Positions 35,691 to 49,135 of a DNA stretch of 64,000 bases are shown here, piece after piece. A program made the translations under genes and the position numbers. The stretch is taken from the NCBI RefSeq assembly GCF_001447785.1, contig NW_015159714.1, forward strand, positions 1,373,594 through 1,437,593, written 5' to 3'. How positions within the stretch are numbered: the stretch's first letter is position 1; every line of letters starts with the position of its first letter. The notes beneath the pieces are model-generated. The model was not told where the DNA came from and did no database searches. It saw only the letters and a program-made list of their open reading frames with translations. This DNA comes from Gekko japonicus. Its lineage: Eukaryota.

Positions 35691-38096
35691 TGTCTTGATT
35701 GCAGACAAAGTCTCTCCAGTTGCATAAGGACAGAAGTAAAAGTTCCCCCAATAGCTACCCGCTGATTAAGGATAAGTAGACCTATGAGACTTGTATCCTT
35801 ATATTATCATCAGAGGTGGGTCCGTTGGGAGAAGAAGCTGTCACATGAAAATGGCAGTACAGGTATACACTGTCCTTTCGAAGAGGCAGAATGGAAAACC
35901 CATTTTGAATTCTGTAGGTGACATTTAGCCAAAGATGACTACATATACTGTGACTGAGCTCACATTGTTAAATTATGCTCCCAGAATAGAAAGGAAATGT
36001 CTCTATAAAGGTAGAGTAGACATGCTGCTTTATTCACAGCATGTGAAGATTTCATCAGGCATCTTCCCTGATGTGCAAGTAATCAGTATTTTGCAGAAAA
36101 CTCATAAGAGTTATTCAGTGTAACACCTTTTAAATATGATCATGACTTGCACACAAAGCAGGCATCTGGTATCTAAACAGTGTGTGTACGGGCAGCAAAG
36201 TGTGAGAGAATAGTAGACCTAGGGAAAATAAGCTAGTCATTTTATTAGCATTATCACTGATTTCCTGTGTGTGTCCAGCCTGCACATATCTCCAGGCTTC
36301 AAAGGCTCATGATGCCTGTAGAAGTTATCTTCAGTGCATTGAGATAGCCTTAGTAGGAAGCAGGGGTTGTAACAGTTGAACGTTTGAACTGTGTTTTATC
36401 TCTTTAATGTCCAAACACATTAACGTATCTGAACTCCCTCACACAATCCAATCCAGTCTAAAGTCTGAGGGCATAGATCCATTTCAAAGGTGACCTTGTG
36501 TGGCTGAGAAGAATGTGGAGCTAACAAATAATGATGTTAACAGTTGCGATTAATCAAATGACAAAGGTATCTTCCTCAGAGAAATGGAAATGTATTTATT
36601 ATGTGTTATTGAAATGGTTTCCAGTTTTATCACCCTTACTTAAAATAACTGAACCACAAGTTGCAGTGCAGTCCCACCCATCTGATACCACAATGTTCGT
36701 TCATTTGGATTCCACTAAATGAATGGTGGCTGTGCATCTGCAGTACTCGGTGCATAGTGATTATAATCTGTGGTTGTGTGTATGGATTTTATTGTGGCTG
36801 TTTGTGATTTTTTTTTAATCCCCGGGCATTATAAGGGTAGTTCTGCAGTTCAAAAAAGAACAAGGTGAAGAAAACAAAACAGTAGACCTCTAAGTTCTAA
36901 TTTGTTTAATTGATTGGCTGATCAACAAAGAGCTACAGTGGGAAAGTGGGACCACACTTGGTACACTTTTCTCTCCATTGGCCCCTCTGATGTCCAACAT
37001 TGCAGGTCAAATCAGGGAAGTGACCAGTTCCCTTGAAGAAAAGAGTTGCTTTGGAGGGTGGACTGTATGGCATTATACCCGTTGAGTTCCCTCCCCTCCC
37101 CAGGATTCACCCCCAATTCTCCAGGAAAATCCCAACCCAGAGCTGGCAACCTTGTCTGTTAGTGGAAGTCCAAGGAGGTGACCTTGCTCAATTTCCCCTT
37201 GTAATGGCAGGGTCCTGTACTACATGGCATTTTATTTTTGTTGCCCAGCCACAGAGGATTTTGGGTGGTCACGGGGATCTAGAGGGGAAAAGGGAGGAGG
37301 GAGTACATATGTGTCTGTGATTCCCTTCCTCTGGATCTTCTCTAGGACATCTGCTGGCTCAGAGGTGGGACTCTTGCACCTGATTGGCAGATTGGAATCC
37401 ATTTCCATACCATACAGTCACCTGGTACACTTAGAGATTATCTGAACTGATTTCTTAATCTGCAACTATTTAATCAAGTGGTAGCAAAGATCAGCCTGTG
37501 AGACAAATTCAGGGCACACTATTTATAAGCTGCTCAGGTTCTGGTATATTGTTTTGATGGAGAATGAAAAAGGAGTAATTAAGGCTAATACTTAACATTG
37601 TCCTTAACTTCTTGAAGAATGGTCGCATGTAGTTATTAAAATATGTGTGGTATTGCCACTCAGTGGATCTGAGGACATTTACCTAGTGGCTTCCTGATTT
37701 CTGTAGTTATTATTCATAGTTAATTCCCCATTAAGATTCAATATAATAAAATTAATGACCTCGTTTATTGAGGGAAACTTTTTTAATATTATTAAATTTG
37801 TTGGCATCTCTATGTCCCCATAATGGACCAATTTGAGATTCATTAATGATCTGTAAGGCTGGCTAAAAAACAATAGCTTTGTGAGATCATATTTAGTATT
37901 TGAAGCGATAGGCTGGTCTCAGAGACCAAAACATCATATATACCATTACTGAGCCTGAAGTAATACTTCTAATATATTTAGCATTACATTTTGTTTGTGT
38001 GGTTAAAGAGCCAATATAGGGTTGCCATTTTCCTGTTGGGGGAAGTGGATCCCCCACCCTGGCTCTTGTTTCCTGCTGCCAGCCCTGTGGCCAGTG

Positions 38097-39297
38097 CCAA
38101 TGCTTGGATATGACTAGAGTCTGGGAATCTTAGAATTGAAGCTAGGGTATATATTCTATCCATCTATATGTGGCTGAAAGGTCATTTCAATCCACAAGAC
38201 TTGCTTCCCCTGATATTCCAGGATGATTTCCAATCCAGTTGGATCAAAGCAGTTCACTGTCATATTCATAGAATTGGGTTCTCACCTCAGCTACTCTTAT
38301 CCTATGGATTTGAACAAGCCAAAGGGCTAATTAAACAAAGAGTTGAGGATATTGAGCATCAATCTGACATTTCTAAGGCTTCCAAACTCGGGGTGTTGTT
38401 AAATATCAAAAGCACCATTGAGCCGGCAATATATTTGACTTCAGTGGAGGGAAAGAATTCTAGAAGGGCATTTGTCCTAGCTAGATGTTCTGCCCTTCCA
38501 TCTGTGGTTATTCAAGGCAGGTACAATAAAAACCCCTACTCTGAAAGGCTATGCCCATGCCTTTTAAGCGAGGTTGAATCAGTAGAGCATATGCTCTTCC
38601 GCTGTCCATTTTACAGGGAGGCTCATCTTAAAATTATTACTTCATTAGTCAATAGGACACCTGGACACATTAATACAAACAAAACAAGGCTTCACTGGGT
38701 CCTATCAGATAAGAATGCAAAGATTACACATTCAGTCGCTGAGTTTTGTGCATTAATTTTAAAAGTTTTTAAATTCAGACTTCTATTTTTGTATATTATG
38801 GCCCCGTTCACATGGCGAATTTGCCCCGTGGGAGGAATGGCTTGCCTGCGGATTAAAGCTGTGCGATCATACCTGAACATCTGGGAAACGTTGCACTCCC
38901 GTCTCTAACCCGCAGCTTCGGCCTGAAGATGCAGATTTAAAAGCTACCGGGAACCATGTACTAGTTTCCTGATAATGTGCGGCGTGTGCGGGCATCTGAT
39001 CAGGAAGCAGTGGTAGCCCGTCGCAGCCAGCGCCTGTTGGTGTCCCATGCATGTGCACAAACACCTTGCTGCTGTGTTGCTTAGCATGGTGTGATTGGCT
39101 GCCGGAGGCTTGGGCATGCCGGAGCCTTGGGGGAAGGTGAGATCGCGCTACTGCGCGTCTTTTTGCTCTGGCTCAAAAAGCCTCCCGTCCCCTGTGGATT
39201 ATCCTGCTCGTATGACCGGGGCCTATGACTGTTTTTTCCCTCTCCCTTACATATTGTGCTTACTCTGTATGTTGGTCTTAAGACCTTAATAATAAAA
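38097..39297 (+). mobile_element. 5'-truncated non-LTR retrotransposon (ORF2 C-terminus with Zn knuckle; RTE-X-like, clade uncertain)
   Basis: Open frame with ERLCPC...ESVEHMLFRCPFY; 3' hairpin GGTC-ttaa-GACC + AATAAA (39274-39296); 12-bp TSD CTGTGGCCAGTG (38085-96, 39298-309). Confidence 0.8.
38800..39223. mobile_element. PIF/Harbinger-type MITE nested in a LINE 3'UTR
   Basis: TIRs ggccccgttcacatg / cgtatgaccggggcc; 3-bp TSD TAT (38797-99, 39224-26); CpG-rich. Confidence 0.8.
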
Positions 39298-40242
39298 CTG
39301 TGGCCAGTGGGGAAAAAATTATCTTTAAAAATATGCTGTTGGATGATGGTGTGACATCACTTCAGGGGGAAACCAGAAGTGACATCAGTCCATTTGAGGA
39401 ATTGCCAGAAACATTATGGTTTTACCACAGAATATCTGGTGATTCCTAGAGAAGCATGACATCACTTTTGCCTGGCATTCATAAGCCAATATATGGTTGA
39501 AGAAAATTAGAAGCTAGGAAAATGTAATGTAATGGCACAATCCAGCCATAGCTAAGTGTTTTGAAGGCCTTTAATTTCAGCTAAAAATGTGCAGTCTCAG
39601 GGAGTACTCCCAAGAAGGTCTGCTCAGAAGTAAGTTCCATGTCATTGTGGGGCTTACTCCCAGCAAAATGCCTGTCAGCCACTCTCTCTTTCTTGCACTC
39701 TCTCTCTCACTCTGTCTCACTATTAAATGAGAGGGAATTGAGTGGGCTTACACATTGTATTTTACGTAATTGTATTTTAAGTAATAATCAGAAGTTCTCT
39801 TGATAGTTCTACATTCATTTTATGATTAGTCTGCTCAATTTGGTGTTAAACTGCGTGAGCAATTTAGGAGCACCATTCAAAAATTCTTAGGCCAAGTCCT
39901 GGTTACTACTCAGAGTTGAGGCAGAGCTAAATAAACCAGAGGGTGGTGTTTTAAGGCTCCAGGGAACTGTGGGTATACCCAGGAAGGTATAGCATTCTGT
40001 CCTGACTCTTGTGCAAAGGTTTGTTTTTGGACCATCATTGCTGTCATTATCATCATTATCATTGTCGTCATCTTGCTAAAATTGTCAAGAAATTAATGGT
40101 TTTGTGTGGTAGGAGTGGGGGAGAATAACAAAAAATATCCTGCAAAGCCTTTGTAGAGTTATGGGATGTCTAGTTTGGAAATCTTCCCAGCTTTGTTGGA
40201 CAAGCTCAGATTTCTCAGCTTTGTTTCCTCAAGGGTCTAGAG

Positions 40243-40611
40243 CACGGGTCCCCAACCTTTCTGAACCAATGGGTACCTTTAGAATTCTGACAGAGAGTGG
40301 AGGGCGTAACCACAAAATGGTTTCCATGTGAAGGGGAGGCACACACAGAGGAAGTCCATATGCAGGGGACCAGAACAGTAATTTAAAAAAATATACTGTG
40401 AAAGAGGAGTGTGTGAGGGAATAAAACCAACACTGTGGTGGCAGCTGCCACTGAACCAATGTTAATTTAATTTGCATAGCCAATCAGATCTCCAGTGGCC
40501 AATCAGAAGCCCTGCTGGGCAGAAGCCCCCTAGCCCCACCCACTTTCTGAAAACCAGGAAAAGTGCTAGTGGGCACCATGGCACCCACGGGCACCACATT
40601 TGGAACCCCTG
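40243..40611 (+). mobile_element. hAT-Charlie-like MITE family A
   Basis: Ends cacgggtccccaa / ttggaacccctg; TSD gtctagag/ctctggag resembling the NTCTAGAN Charlie target. Confidence 0.75.
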
Positions 40612-42084
40612 CTCTGGAGTTTCATGAGTCTGTCCACAATTCCCTGGATTCTCTTGGGGAAATTTGCTTACTTCAGTTTGACTCCAGTTAGTATCCACAA
40701 CTTTAACAAAGCTACTGAGCTGAATAAGAACTTGTATTGGAAATAGTGTTTGATTCATAATACATCTGGGCATTATAAATGAGGAAATTTCATATTTGGA
40801 TCCAGATAACTGGAAACTTTGGCAACATTAACTGCTCAAGGAGAATAAAGGGTGCGCAAATGATAGTGTGTTTCTAACGATATCCAATTTATAGTTGTCA
40901 TTTTTTGTCGCTAAATACATAATGACCTGAGATGAGATTATGGAGATTTCAAATATCTGTAATCCACCTCTTCACTAATAATGCCCCAGATGGTGCAAGT
41001 TTGTTAGCTGATTAGATGTTGTTATGATTCCTGTTCTGTGTAAACAAAACCAAAACTACTTATATACAGAGCAAAATGTCTGGTAAGGAGTATAGGTCAG
41101 ATAGCTTAAAGTAAACAGATAGAAAGCACAATGTCTGAAAAGATTGAATTTACTGTTGCTTCATTTTGTCAGTGTTACCCATAAGGCTGGAGATGCCCTA
41201 TTTTAAAAGGGAAAGAAAGAATGTTCAGGATTTCAACAAGCAGCAGACCACACAAAGGATAGGATTGGGAGGTACAGGGAATGAAGGAACTTCAGAGACG
41301 CAAGCAATACAGAATGACTGAATGGAACATAACCTGCATGCTAGAATTCAGGAAATGAATAAGCCAGTTTAAATGTAAAGACTGTATTCTCATGACACAC
41401 ATTGCGTTATTCCTTGCTGTTTGCAGAAAAAGTTAAACTTGTTATACTACTGCACTTTGTAGGGAGAGTGAATGCGCTTGGACTATTAACTGTGTCTGCA
41501 AAATGAGCACCATATTCATGCATGAGTTAAAGGCTGGATGTTGCAACTTGGCAGATGGTGAAACAGAAGAAAGCACAACAAAAAAGGAATAAATTTATAA
41601 AGAGAAAAATCTGAAGGCCAGAATGAAAACAGGAGGTCCTTTTTTCTCTAAAGTGTATTCTCTAGGATTAAGTACTCTCAGCCTTGAAGAGGAGCTGAGA
41701 AGGTGCCAGATCAAGTTTTCATAGACTTTTAAAAAATGAACAATGAAATTTAATATAATTTCTTGCATTCTTGTACTTTTGTTCCTATCTAATGCAAAAT
41801 AATTTCAAATACTGGTTCCCAAAGTGGGCAATACCGCCCCCTCGGGGAAGCTGGAACAATCCAGGTGGGCTAGAACGATCTAGGTGCAGATCCACAAACT
41901 GCATCTTTTTGTCCACTTCTTGAAGGTAGGTGTCCAGGGGGTGAATAATTTCCCCCCCAGAAAAGCGGGTGGTAGGCCAAATAAGTTTGGGAACTTCTGA
42001 AGGTCTCAGATTCTGTCCACAGCAACTCTGCTTAAAAGCATCAGGTTGTAGATGATGCATATTAGGGTATTCCCCATTATTATG

Positions 42085-42476
42085 CATGGATATGAAAGAT
42101 GGACAGTGAAGAAAGCTGAAAGGAAATTTGAAATGTGGTGTTGGAAGAGTTTTAGGAATACCATGGACCACCAAAAAGACAAATAAGTGATTTCTACTTC
42201 AAGCCAAATCTGAATTCTCCCTAGAAGCTAAAACGACTAAACTGAGGCTACTGTACTTTGTTCACAGAGACTCACTGGAAAAGCCAATAATGCTAGGAAA
42301 AGTTGAAGGCATTAGGAAAAGAGGAAGACACAACATGAAGTGGATTGACTTAATCAAGGAACCTATGGCTTTCAGTTTGCAAGAGCTGAGCAAGGCTTTT
42401 AAGGACATGATGTTCTGGAGGTCATTAATTTGTAGGGTGCCCGTAAGTTGGAAACAACTTGATGGCACATAACACT
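42085..42476 (+). mobile_element. RTE-BovB-like LINE 3' fragment
   Basis: WTVKKAERK/FEMWCW/RIPWT motifs and MLGKVEGIRKRGRHNMKWID...LQEL...FWRSLICRV. Confidence 0.8.
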
Positions 42477-43264
42477 CACAGTGGGTAACATGAAAGACTT
42501 GGTATCCTGGGGAGTCACTACCAGTTTGAGTGGACATTACTGACCTTGATAGTCTAATTGTGTGAGTCAGCGTAAGGCAGCTTCATACCTACTTCTAGAA
42601 TACAGCATTTAGTAAGCATGTTTCATAGGGTTGCCAAGTCCCTCCTGGCCACTGGTGGCACTTCCAAGTTGGGAAACTTCTGGAGATTTGAGGGTGGAGC
42701 GCCTGGGGAGGACAGGGACTTCAGTGAAGTAAAATGGCATTGAGTCCACCCTCCCGAGCATCCATTTTATCTGTAGTCTGAAGATGAGTTGTAATTCCGG
42801 GAGATCCCCAGGACCCACCTGGAGGCTGTCATCCCTAATGTTTCGTGTTTTAAGTCTGGAAGCCAAGCCCTAGATGGGGACCTTTCACAGACTGGCAGCA
42901 TTCCATTTTACACCCACTTTAATAGAAAATCCGGTTTGTTGACACACTATGTGCCAGCAGCATTGATCTTCCAAAGGAGCTTAGAATTCTCTCTCATAGA
43001 TGTATTTAAATAAGAAAAGATGTAATTATGGCACCCACAGTACTGTCCAAAACCCAGGGATAAATAAGTCTTAAGGCACTCTGTGAGCAGAGTGTACAAC
43101 CCTTTTGGAGGAATTTGTTTTCTTCCCCAAATGCTTGGGATAGTATAAATTGTGGCAGTGTTTGAATGACCGTAGCAGAAGACCTAATCTATGAAAAACA
43201 AGTGAGTCAAATGACTTTTTTTTTTTAGCAGCATGGTCTGAACTATAAGTCTGTGATTTCAAGT

Positions 43265-43460
43265 AGGGTTGCCAGTCTCCATGTGCTACCTGGAGCTCAC
43301 CTGCTATTACAGTTGATCTCCAGGTGACCAAGATCAGTTCTCCTGGAGAAAATGGCTGCTTTGGAGGGTTGACTGTATGGCATTATACCCTGTTGAGGTC
43401 CTTCCCCTGCCCAAACCCCACCCTCCCCAGGCTCCACCCCCCAAGTCTCTAGGCAACTCT
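43265..43460 (+). mobile_element. TAGGGTTGCCA-terminated gecko-type repeat; other copies at ~24018-24205, 30826-31040, 33310-34220, 37020-37155, 38017-39470, 42626-42837 and 60296-60360
   Basis: Recurrent tagggttgcca...tggcaaccct ends and shared cores (ggagggtggactgtatggcattataccc; gatgtcacttcc). Confidence 0.65.
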
Positions 43461-44960
43461 AGTGATGTATGTTCTCTGCCTCTGTTAACTGTAAGTTTTG
43501 AATGGCTAAAGTAACTCAGTTTCTGGTGCAGAACTCTAGACTATGGAATTATGTTGCTCTAGCCTGAACAAAATGATCTGTTGACAGAATAGTTGGTTTT
43601 TTTGTCTCAGTTCTTAAGGAGTGGTAGCAATCGGTTTCATTTCCTGCAAAGTATGCTTTGGTTCAGAATTTACAATCTTAGGGGCGATGGAGGGGTGCTT
43701 GTGTTTGACATTCATTTGATCAACATAACTTTCCATAGCACATTAGCACATGCTGTATTCATATAGATCTATGCCCCTCTGCCCCACTTAAAGACCATGG
43801 AAATTTACAATATCCTTTTTGGCTGTGCCTACAACTGCTTTAACTTTTTTCCATCTAGAGAGGTGTTTATCATATGTTGCCAGCAGTGGAAAAACAATTA
43901 TGAGAATTCAAGCCTTGTGGACAAGATGATGCTACAGGTTTATAAAAATTAAATAATGCTACTTTGTTAATGTAGTTGTGAACTGATATAATGGTACTGA
44001 GCTCTAATTTTCCTACTGAATCCATGATTTCTCTGATATCTGTGTTGTCAAGCTTGGTGATGAAAACGCACAGGAGCTTTGGGGAGAATTTCTAGAAAAC
44101 TACAATACTTAATCCAACTTGAAATGCTACATCTTGACTCTTACAGTGATCAGTATCTACAATTAGTAGCATCAGTTTAAAATCAAAATAAGACTTAAAG
44201 TCTGATAGAACAGTATAAGGTTCTAACACTGAAATTTGCATTGCTTATAATGAATGTGTAACTTGTTGATCCTAATGTTTTCAGCCTTTTTGTCTTCCTG
44301 TGTAATTGACTCGGTGCTCGCTTTTGAAAATGTTTAAAATAATCATGTTTACTTCCCAATTCACTAATGTTCCACTAGCCATCATGAACCAGAGTGTGCA
44401 TGCATGAACATTTATGAAACTTTTAAGATCAGAAATCCCATGATGCAATACAACTGGGTATGTCTGGATAAAACTGAACAATCAAAAAAGGAGTGGACAA
44501 CAGGTATGCATATAATTGAGTGCCTTTCGATTTACATTGTTTATCTGTGAAGGACAATGGAATTATAAACAAATTAATACTAACTAGACAAAAATTGGGG
44601 GAATACATCATCCTGGACACTTGGTTATATGCATATTTCAGAACACTAAATTTTAAAGGGAGGCTCCGACATGGAGCTGCAGAGCTGGAATTCATATGCA
44701 GAATTGATACTGTCATACTTGGACTCAGTAAAGACTAGGACTAGGTAGCTGATTGCAGAAAGTAATTGTCTTCATTACATACTGATGTGACACTTTTCAA
44801 ATTGTTTTACCAGCTGAGCCATACTCTCTCTAATGGGACTATATAGTCTTTTGACTATTGGTGGTTTCATTTGTCCATAGTAATGACTCACTTGTCTCTC
44901 GGTCACTTGGCCTTCTGGCTGTATTTTCTAATCAGTTCTTCCTGTGCACTTTTTCTTTGT

Positions 44961-46275
44961 AACATAAGGACATAAGAGAAGCCAATGTTGGAACAGGCCA
45001 ATGGCCCATCTAGTCCAACACTCTGTCACACAGTGGCCAAAAATACCANNNNNNNNNNNNNNNNNNNNNNNNNNNNNNNNNNNNNNNNNNNNNNNNNNNN
45101 NNNNNNNNNNNNNNNNNNNNNNNNNNNNNNNNNNNNNNNNNNNNNNNNNNNNNNNNNNNNNNNNNNNNNNNNNNNNNNNNNNNNNNNNNNNNNNNNNNNN
45201 NNNNNNNNNNNNNNNNNNNNNNNNNNNNNNNNNNNNNNNNNNNNNNNNNNNNNNNNNNNNNNNNNNNNNNNNNNNNNNNNNNNNNNNNNNNNNNNNNNNN
45301 NNNNNNNNNNNNNNNNNNNNNNNNNNNNNNNNNNNNNNNNNNNNNNNNNNNNNNNNNNNNNNNNNNNNNNNNNNNNNNNNNNNNNNNNNNNNNNNNNNNN
45401 NNNNNNNNNNNNNNNNNNNNNNNNNNNNNNNNNNNNNNNNNNNNNNNNNNNNNNNNNNNNNNNNNNNNNNNNNNNNNNNNNNNNNNNNNNNNNNNNNNNN
45501 NNNNNNNNNNNNNNNNNNNNNNNNNNNNNNNNNNNNNNNNNNNNNNNNNNNNNNNNNNNNNNNNNNNNNNNNNNNNNNNNNNNGACTCCAAGATCTTTCT
45601 CTTGGTCAGTCTCCACCAGTTCAGACCCCATCACTGTGTATTTATAGTTAGGATTTTTGGCCCCAGTGTGCATCACTTTGCACTTGGCCACATTGAACCC
45701 CATTTGCCACGTTGACGCCCACTCGCCCATCCTCGACAGATCCCTTTGGAGTGCCTCACAATCCTCCCTGGTTCTTACCACCCTGAACAACTTTGTGTCA
45801 CCTGCAAATTTAGCCACTTCACTGCTTACTCCCAACTCCAAATCATTAATGAACAAGTTACAAAGCATCAGACTGAGTACTGATCCCTGTGGTACCCCAC
45901 TGCTAACCACCCTCCACTGAGAAGATTTCCCATTTATATACACTCTCTGTTTCCTATTAATTAGCTAGTTTTTGATCCACAAGAGGACTTGTCCTTTTAT
46001 CCCATGACTATTGAGCTTACTTAGGAGCCTTTGATGAGGAACTTTATCAAAAGCTTTCTGGAAGTCAAAATAAACAGCATCTATTGGGTCCCCCTTGTCC
46101 ACATGTTTGTTCACTCCCTCAAAAAACACTAGCAGGTTAGTGAGATCTTCCCTTACAGAATCCATGCTGAGTCTGCCTCAATAGTTTTTGTTCATCGATG
46201 TACTTGCTAATTCTTTCCTTAATAACAGTTTCCACCAACTTACCTAGTATCGAAGTCAGACTGACTGGCCTGTAA
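44961..46275 (-). mobile_element. 5'-truncated CR1 LINE with a degenerate RT (spans an N gap)
   Basis: DAVYFDFQKAFDKVPHQRLL and SGVPQGSVLS...FINDL...KFAGDTKL (FADD mutated); frameshifted. Confidence 0.92.
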
Positions 46276-47347
46276 CCTTTTAGCTGTCTATCTAGGCTGG
46301 CCTACTGAAGATAATACTTTCTGCATAAGATGAAGTAAGCTCTGGCTCATGAAAACTTATGCTATAATAAATGTGTTTGTCTTTAACTGCTAACCACAGG
46401 ACTCTTTGAATTTATCCACAGTTTTGAAGATCCATATATTAGGTATTTCCTGTTCTGTTCTTCAGGGAAAGTGGACATGCTTTTGAATTGTACTAACACA
46501 ACACCATTTAACTTAGGCTAAATTGGCTTTATAGAGATGTATCCAAGATACTGAGTGCATAAAAATGTGAGGATTGATGTTTTTCACATCTGTTATATAA
46601 AGTTTCTTCAATTTTAAGAAACTCCCTGTTCGGTTTTCCATATTTGTATCCAAAAACTATCATTATTTAATGGTTGGGTTTTAACTTGAGGGTCCAAATG
46701 TTCTTTTTGAGACTCTACAGAGAAAATACTAATGAAGTCTATTCCTATCTATAGTGTTTGAGAGGAGTTCATGCATATACAATAATTGGGCAATCAGGCA
46801 CAATCATCCTTAATTTGCAACATGTGTAGTAAATTACCATGCCAATTGTATAAAATGATATGAATAAAATTAGTGCAAACCGACTAAGGAGCTATTCACT
46901 ATCTAGAAGATTCCTATTCAGAATGCATTTAAATAGAGCCAATATGGTTTCATCTTATTTAGAAATTTTGGATTAAAAACTTTGGATTCATAGTAGGGCA
47001 GTAAATGGTACTATTAATGTTGGGAAACTACTCCTGGGTTTGCAAGAAGTCCTTATGTTGGCCATAGTGCTATTGGATACTTGTTTGACTGTTCTATTGC
47101 ATCTGTTATATCTGACTTCTTCACATTTCAGTTGCCCATGCAACTGGGAGTGAAGAGTATAATTCAGTTGTTGGGTTAAAATAAGGCCGCCTTTATTAAC
47201 AGCAGCAACAAATGTTAATGAATAACTTCTGTCCCTACAGAGGATGTCATGTGGTGAAAAACCTGCAACTTACAGTTGGGGCTCTCATATAAAGGATTCT
47301 GACTACCATTTCCTATTGGATGGCTGCTGTGTCTTTGCATTGTGCAA

Positions 47348-47573
47348 AGTTTGGTGTAGTGGTTAAGAGTGGCAGACTCTAATATGGAGAACCGGGTTTG
47401 ATTCCCCACTCCTCCACATGCAGTCAGCTGGTGTGACCTTGGGTCAGTCACAGTTCTCTCAGAGCTGTTCTCTCAAGAGCAGTTTTCTCAGAGCTGTCTC
47501 AGCCCCACCTACCTCACAGGGTATAAATTCAATTCTTCTTCTTCCTCCTCTTCCTCCTCCTCCTCCTCCTCCT
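47348..47573 (+). mobile_element. Squam3-like SINE with an internal deletion
   Basis: Same head and body; (CTT)/(CCT)n tail. Confidence 0.85.
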
Positions 47574-48414
47574 CAAGCAAAGCCCTCTCCATCCCCATAA
47601 GATGTCAAAAGAACAAACTAATGCATATAGTTTGTGTAAAGGAAACCAAATGTGATCACCAAGTACGATTTCTTTTAATAGTTACTTGTATCCAACCAGC
47701 TTCAATTGGATGCCATACAAATTTTTCTCTTTCCCCCCTCCTTGCATTCTGATCCCCCTCAATTATTCCTGCGGTTGTGAGACCCACATGGATGAGCAGC
47801 TGTGCATCAGGAAGACTGCAGTGAAGAGGAAAGGGAATGAAATTTCTCTCCTCCTCTTTTTGGCATTACAGTTCTGAGCTGGGGAATTAGCAAGCTCAGG
47901 CAGTCCAAATTATATCAAGTACTCCTACATTAATACTAGAAAGCCCACTTAAATAACAAGGCATTCCAAGAATCCAAACACCGCACATGTTACTCCACTT
48001 AAGAAGGGATGCAAGTCGTCAAAGAGATAGAGTAGAGGGGGAAAGGAAGAAAACTGAAGCTGCCAGTCTCTTGAAGATCCAGGGAAGAGTTTGAACACCA
48101 AGGCATTTGGGTAACAGAAGACAAAATCCACACCATAGCATAGGGGGGCTCCATAGTTTAGAAGACAGGGGTGGTCTTGGGCGAGCATAAGTGCACATTT
48201 GGGACAGACTCTGTCCCCATTATAGGGCAGACAAGAAAAGACCAGAAACAATCTGTTGTTTTATTTCCAGGCTTGAAAAGAAGAAGGACTGAAATAGGGA
48301 ATTCAGAGATGTAACCTAAGTATTTGAAAGGGAGGTATGTCTTAGGATCCTCAAAAAAAATCCAAATAAGATAAAAGAGGAAAAGTATTCAAGGTGAAAG
48401 GGATATATATATTG

Positions 48415-48570
48415 GGGAGGAACTGTGCCTCCATGGTAGAGCATCTACTTGGCATGCGGAAGGCCCCAGGTTCAGTCTCTAGCATCCCCAGTTAAAAATG
48501 ATCAGCTAGTAAGTGATATGAAAGACCTCTACTTGAGACTTTGGAGAGGCACAGAACATCAGAGTAGACA
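48415..48570 (+). mobile_element. Old tRNA-derived SINE (Squam2-like)
   Basis: tggtagagcatctacttggcatgcggaaggccccaggttcagtc tRNA-like head; related remnants near 23000, 32360-32580, 42500 and 63500. Confidence 0.6.
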
Positions 48571-48693
48571 GCAGCCCAAGTTCAGTTTTGCTTCTCCTTA
48601 TGCAAATGGTGCTTACAGTTCTTTATCCCCCCCTCCCAGTTTTCTTCTTTTCACACTTAATTTCCCCCCCAAAGTACATATTTTTCAGCATTA

Positions 48694-49135
48694 GGCCCCT
48701 GCCACACGGCAGGGGAAAAGCCTCTAAAGGCGCGGCTTTTAAAAGCCGCGCCAACGTTGAGACACCGCGGTGGGATCCCACGGATCCCCTGGCCGCGGCG
48801 CCTTTTCTCCCCGGCGCGATCAAACGCCAGGGAGAAAACACGGCCCTAACCGGGAGCCGGCCGAACTGCGCATGTCGGAGCATGCGCAGTTCGGCTCTGG
48901 GCCGGGGTTGTGCCAGCGCAAGGACGCGCCGGCAATCAAACGCCCGGCTAGCAGCGCGGCTTCCAGTTGAACCACCAAGGTAGGTGGTTTCAACTTGAGG
49001 CACATATGTGTGGGGAAGGGCCAGTTCGGGGACAGAAGCAAGACGCTTCCCAGATGTTGTGGTGTGATCGCACCGGTTTGATCCGCCCCCGAACTGTCCC
49101 GCTCCCGGCCCAAATCGCCTAGTGTGAACGGGACC
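48694..49135. mobile_element. PIF/Harbinger-type MITE, CpG-rich, with internal palindromes
   Basis: TIRs ggcccctgccacac / gtgtgaacgggacc; 3-bp TSD TTA (48691-93, 49136-38). Confidence 0.8.

Noticed and set aside
38168-38908. 246-aa ORF as a possible host gene
   Set aside because: It is the C-terminus of a truncated LINE ORF2 bounded by a TSD, running into a MITE.
44985-45943. 200-300 aa ORFs
   Set aside because: Mostly N gap; the real part is a dead CR1 RT.
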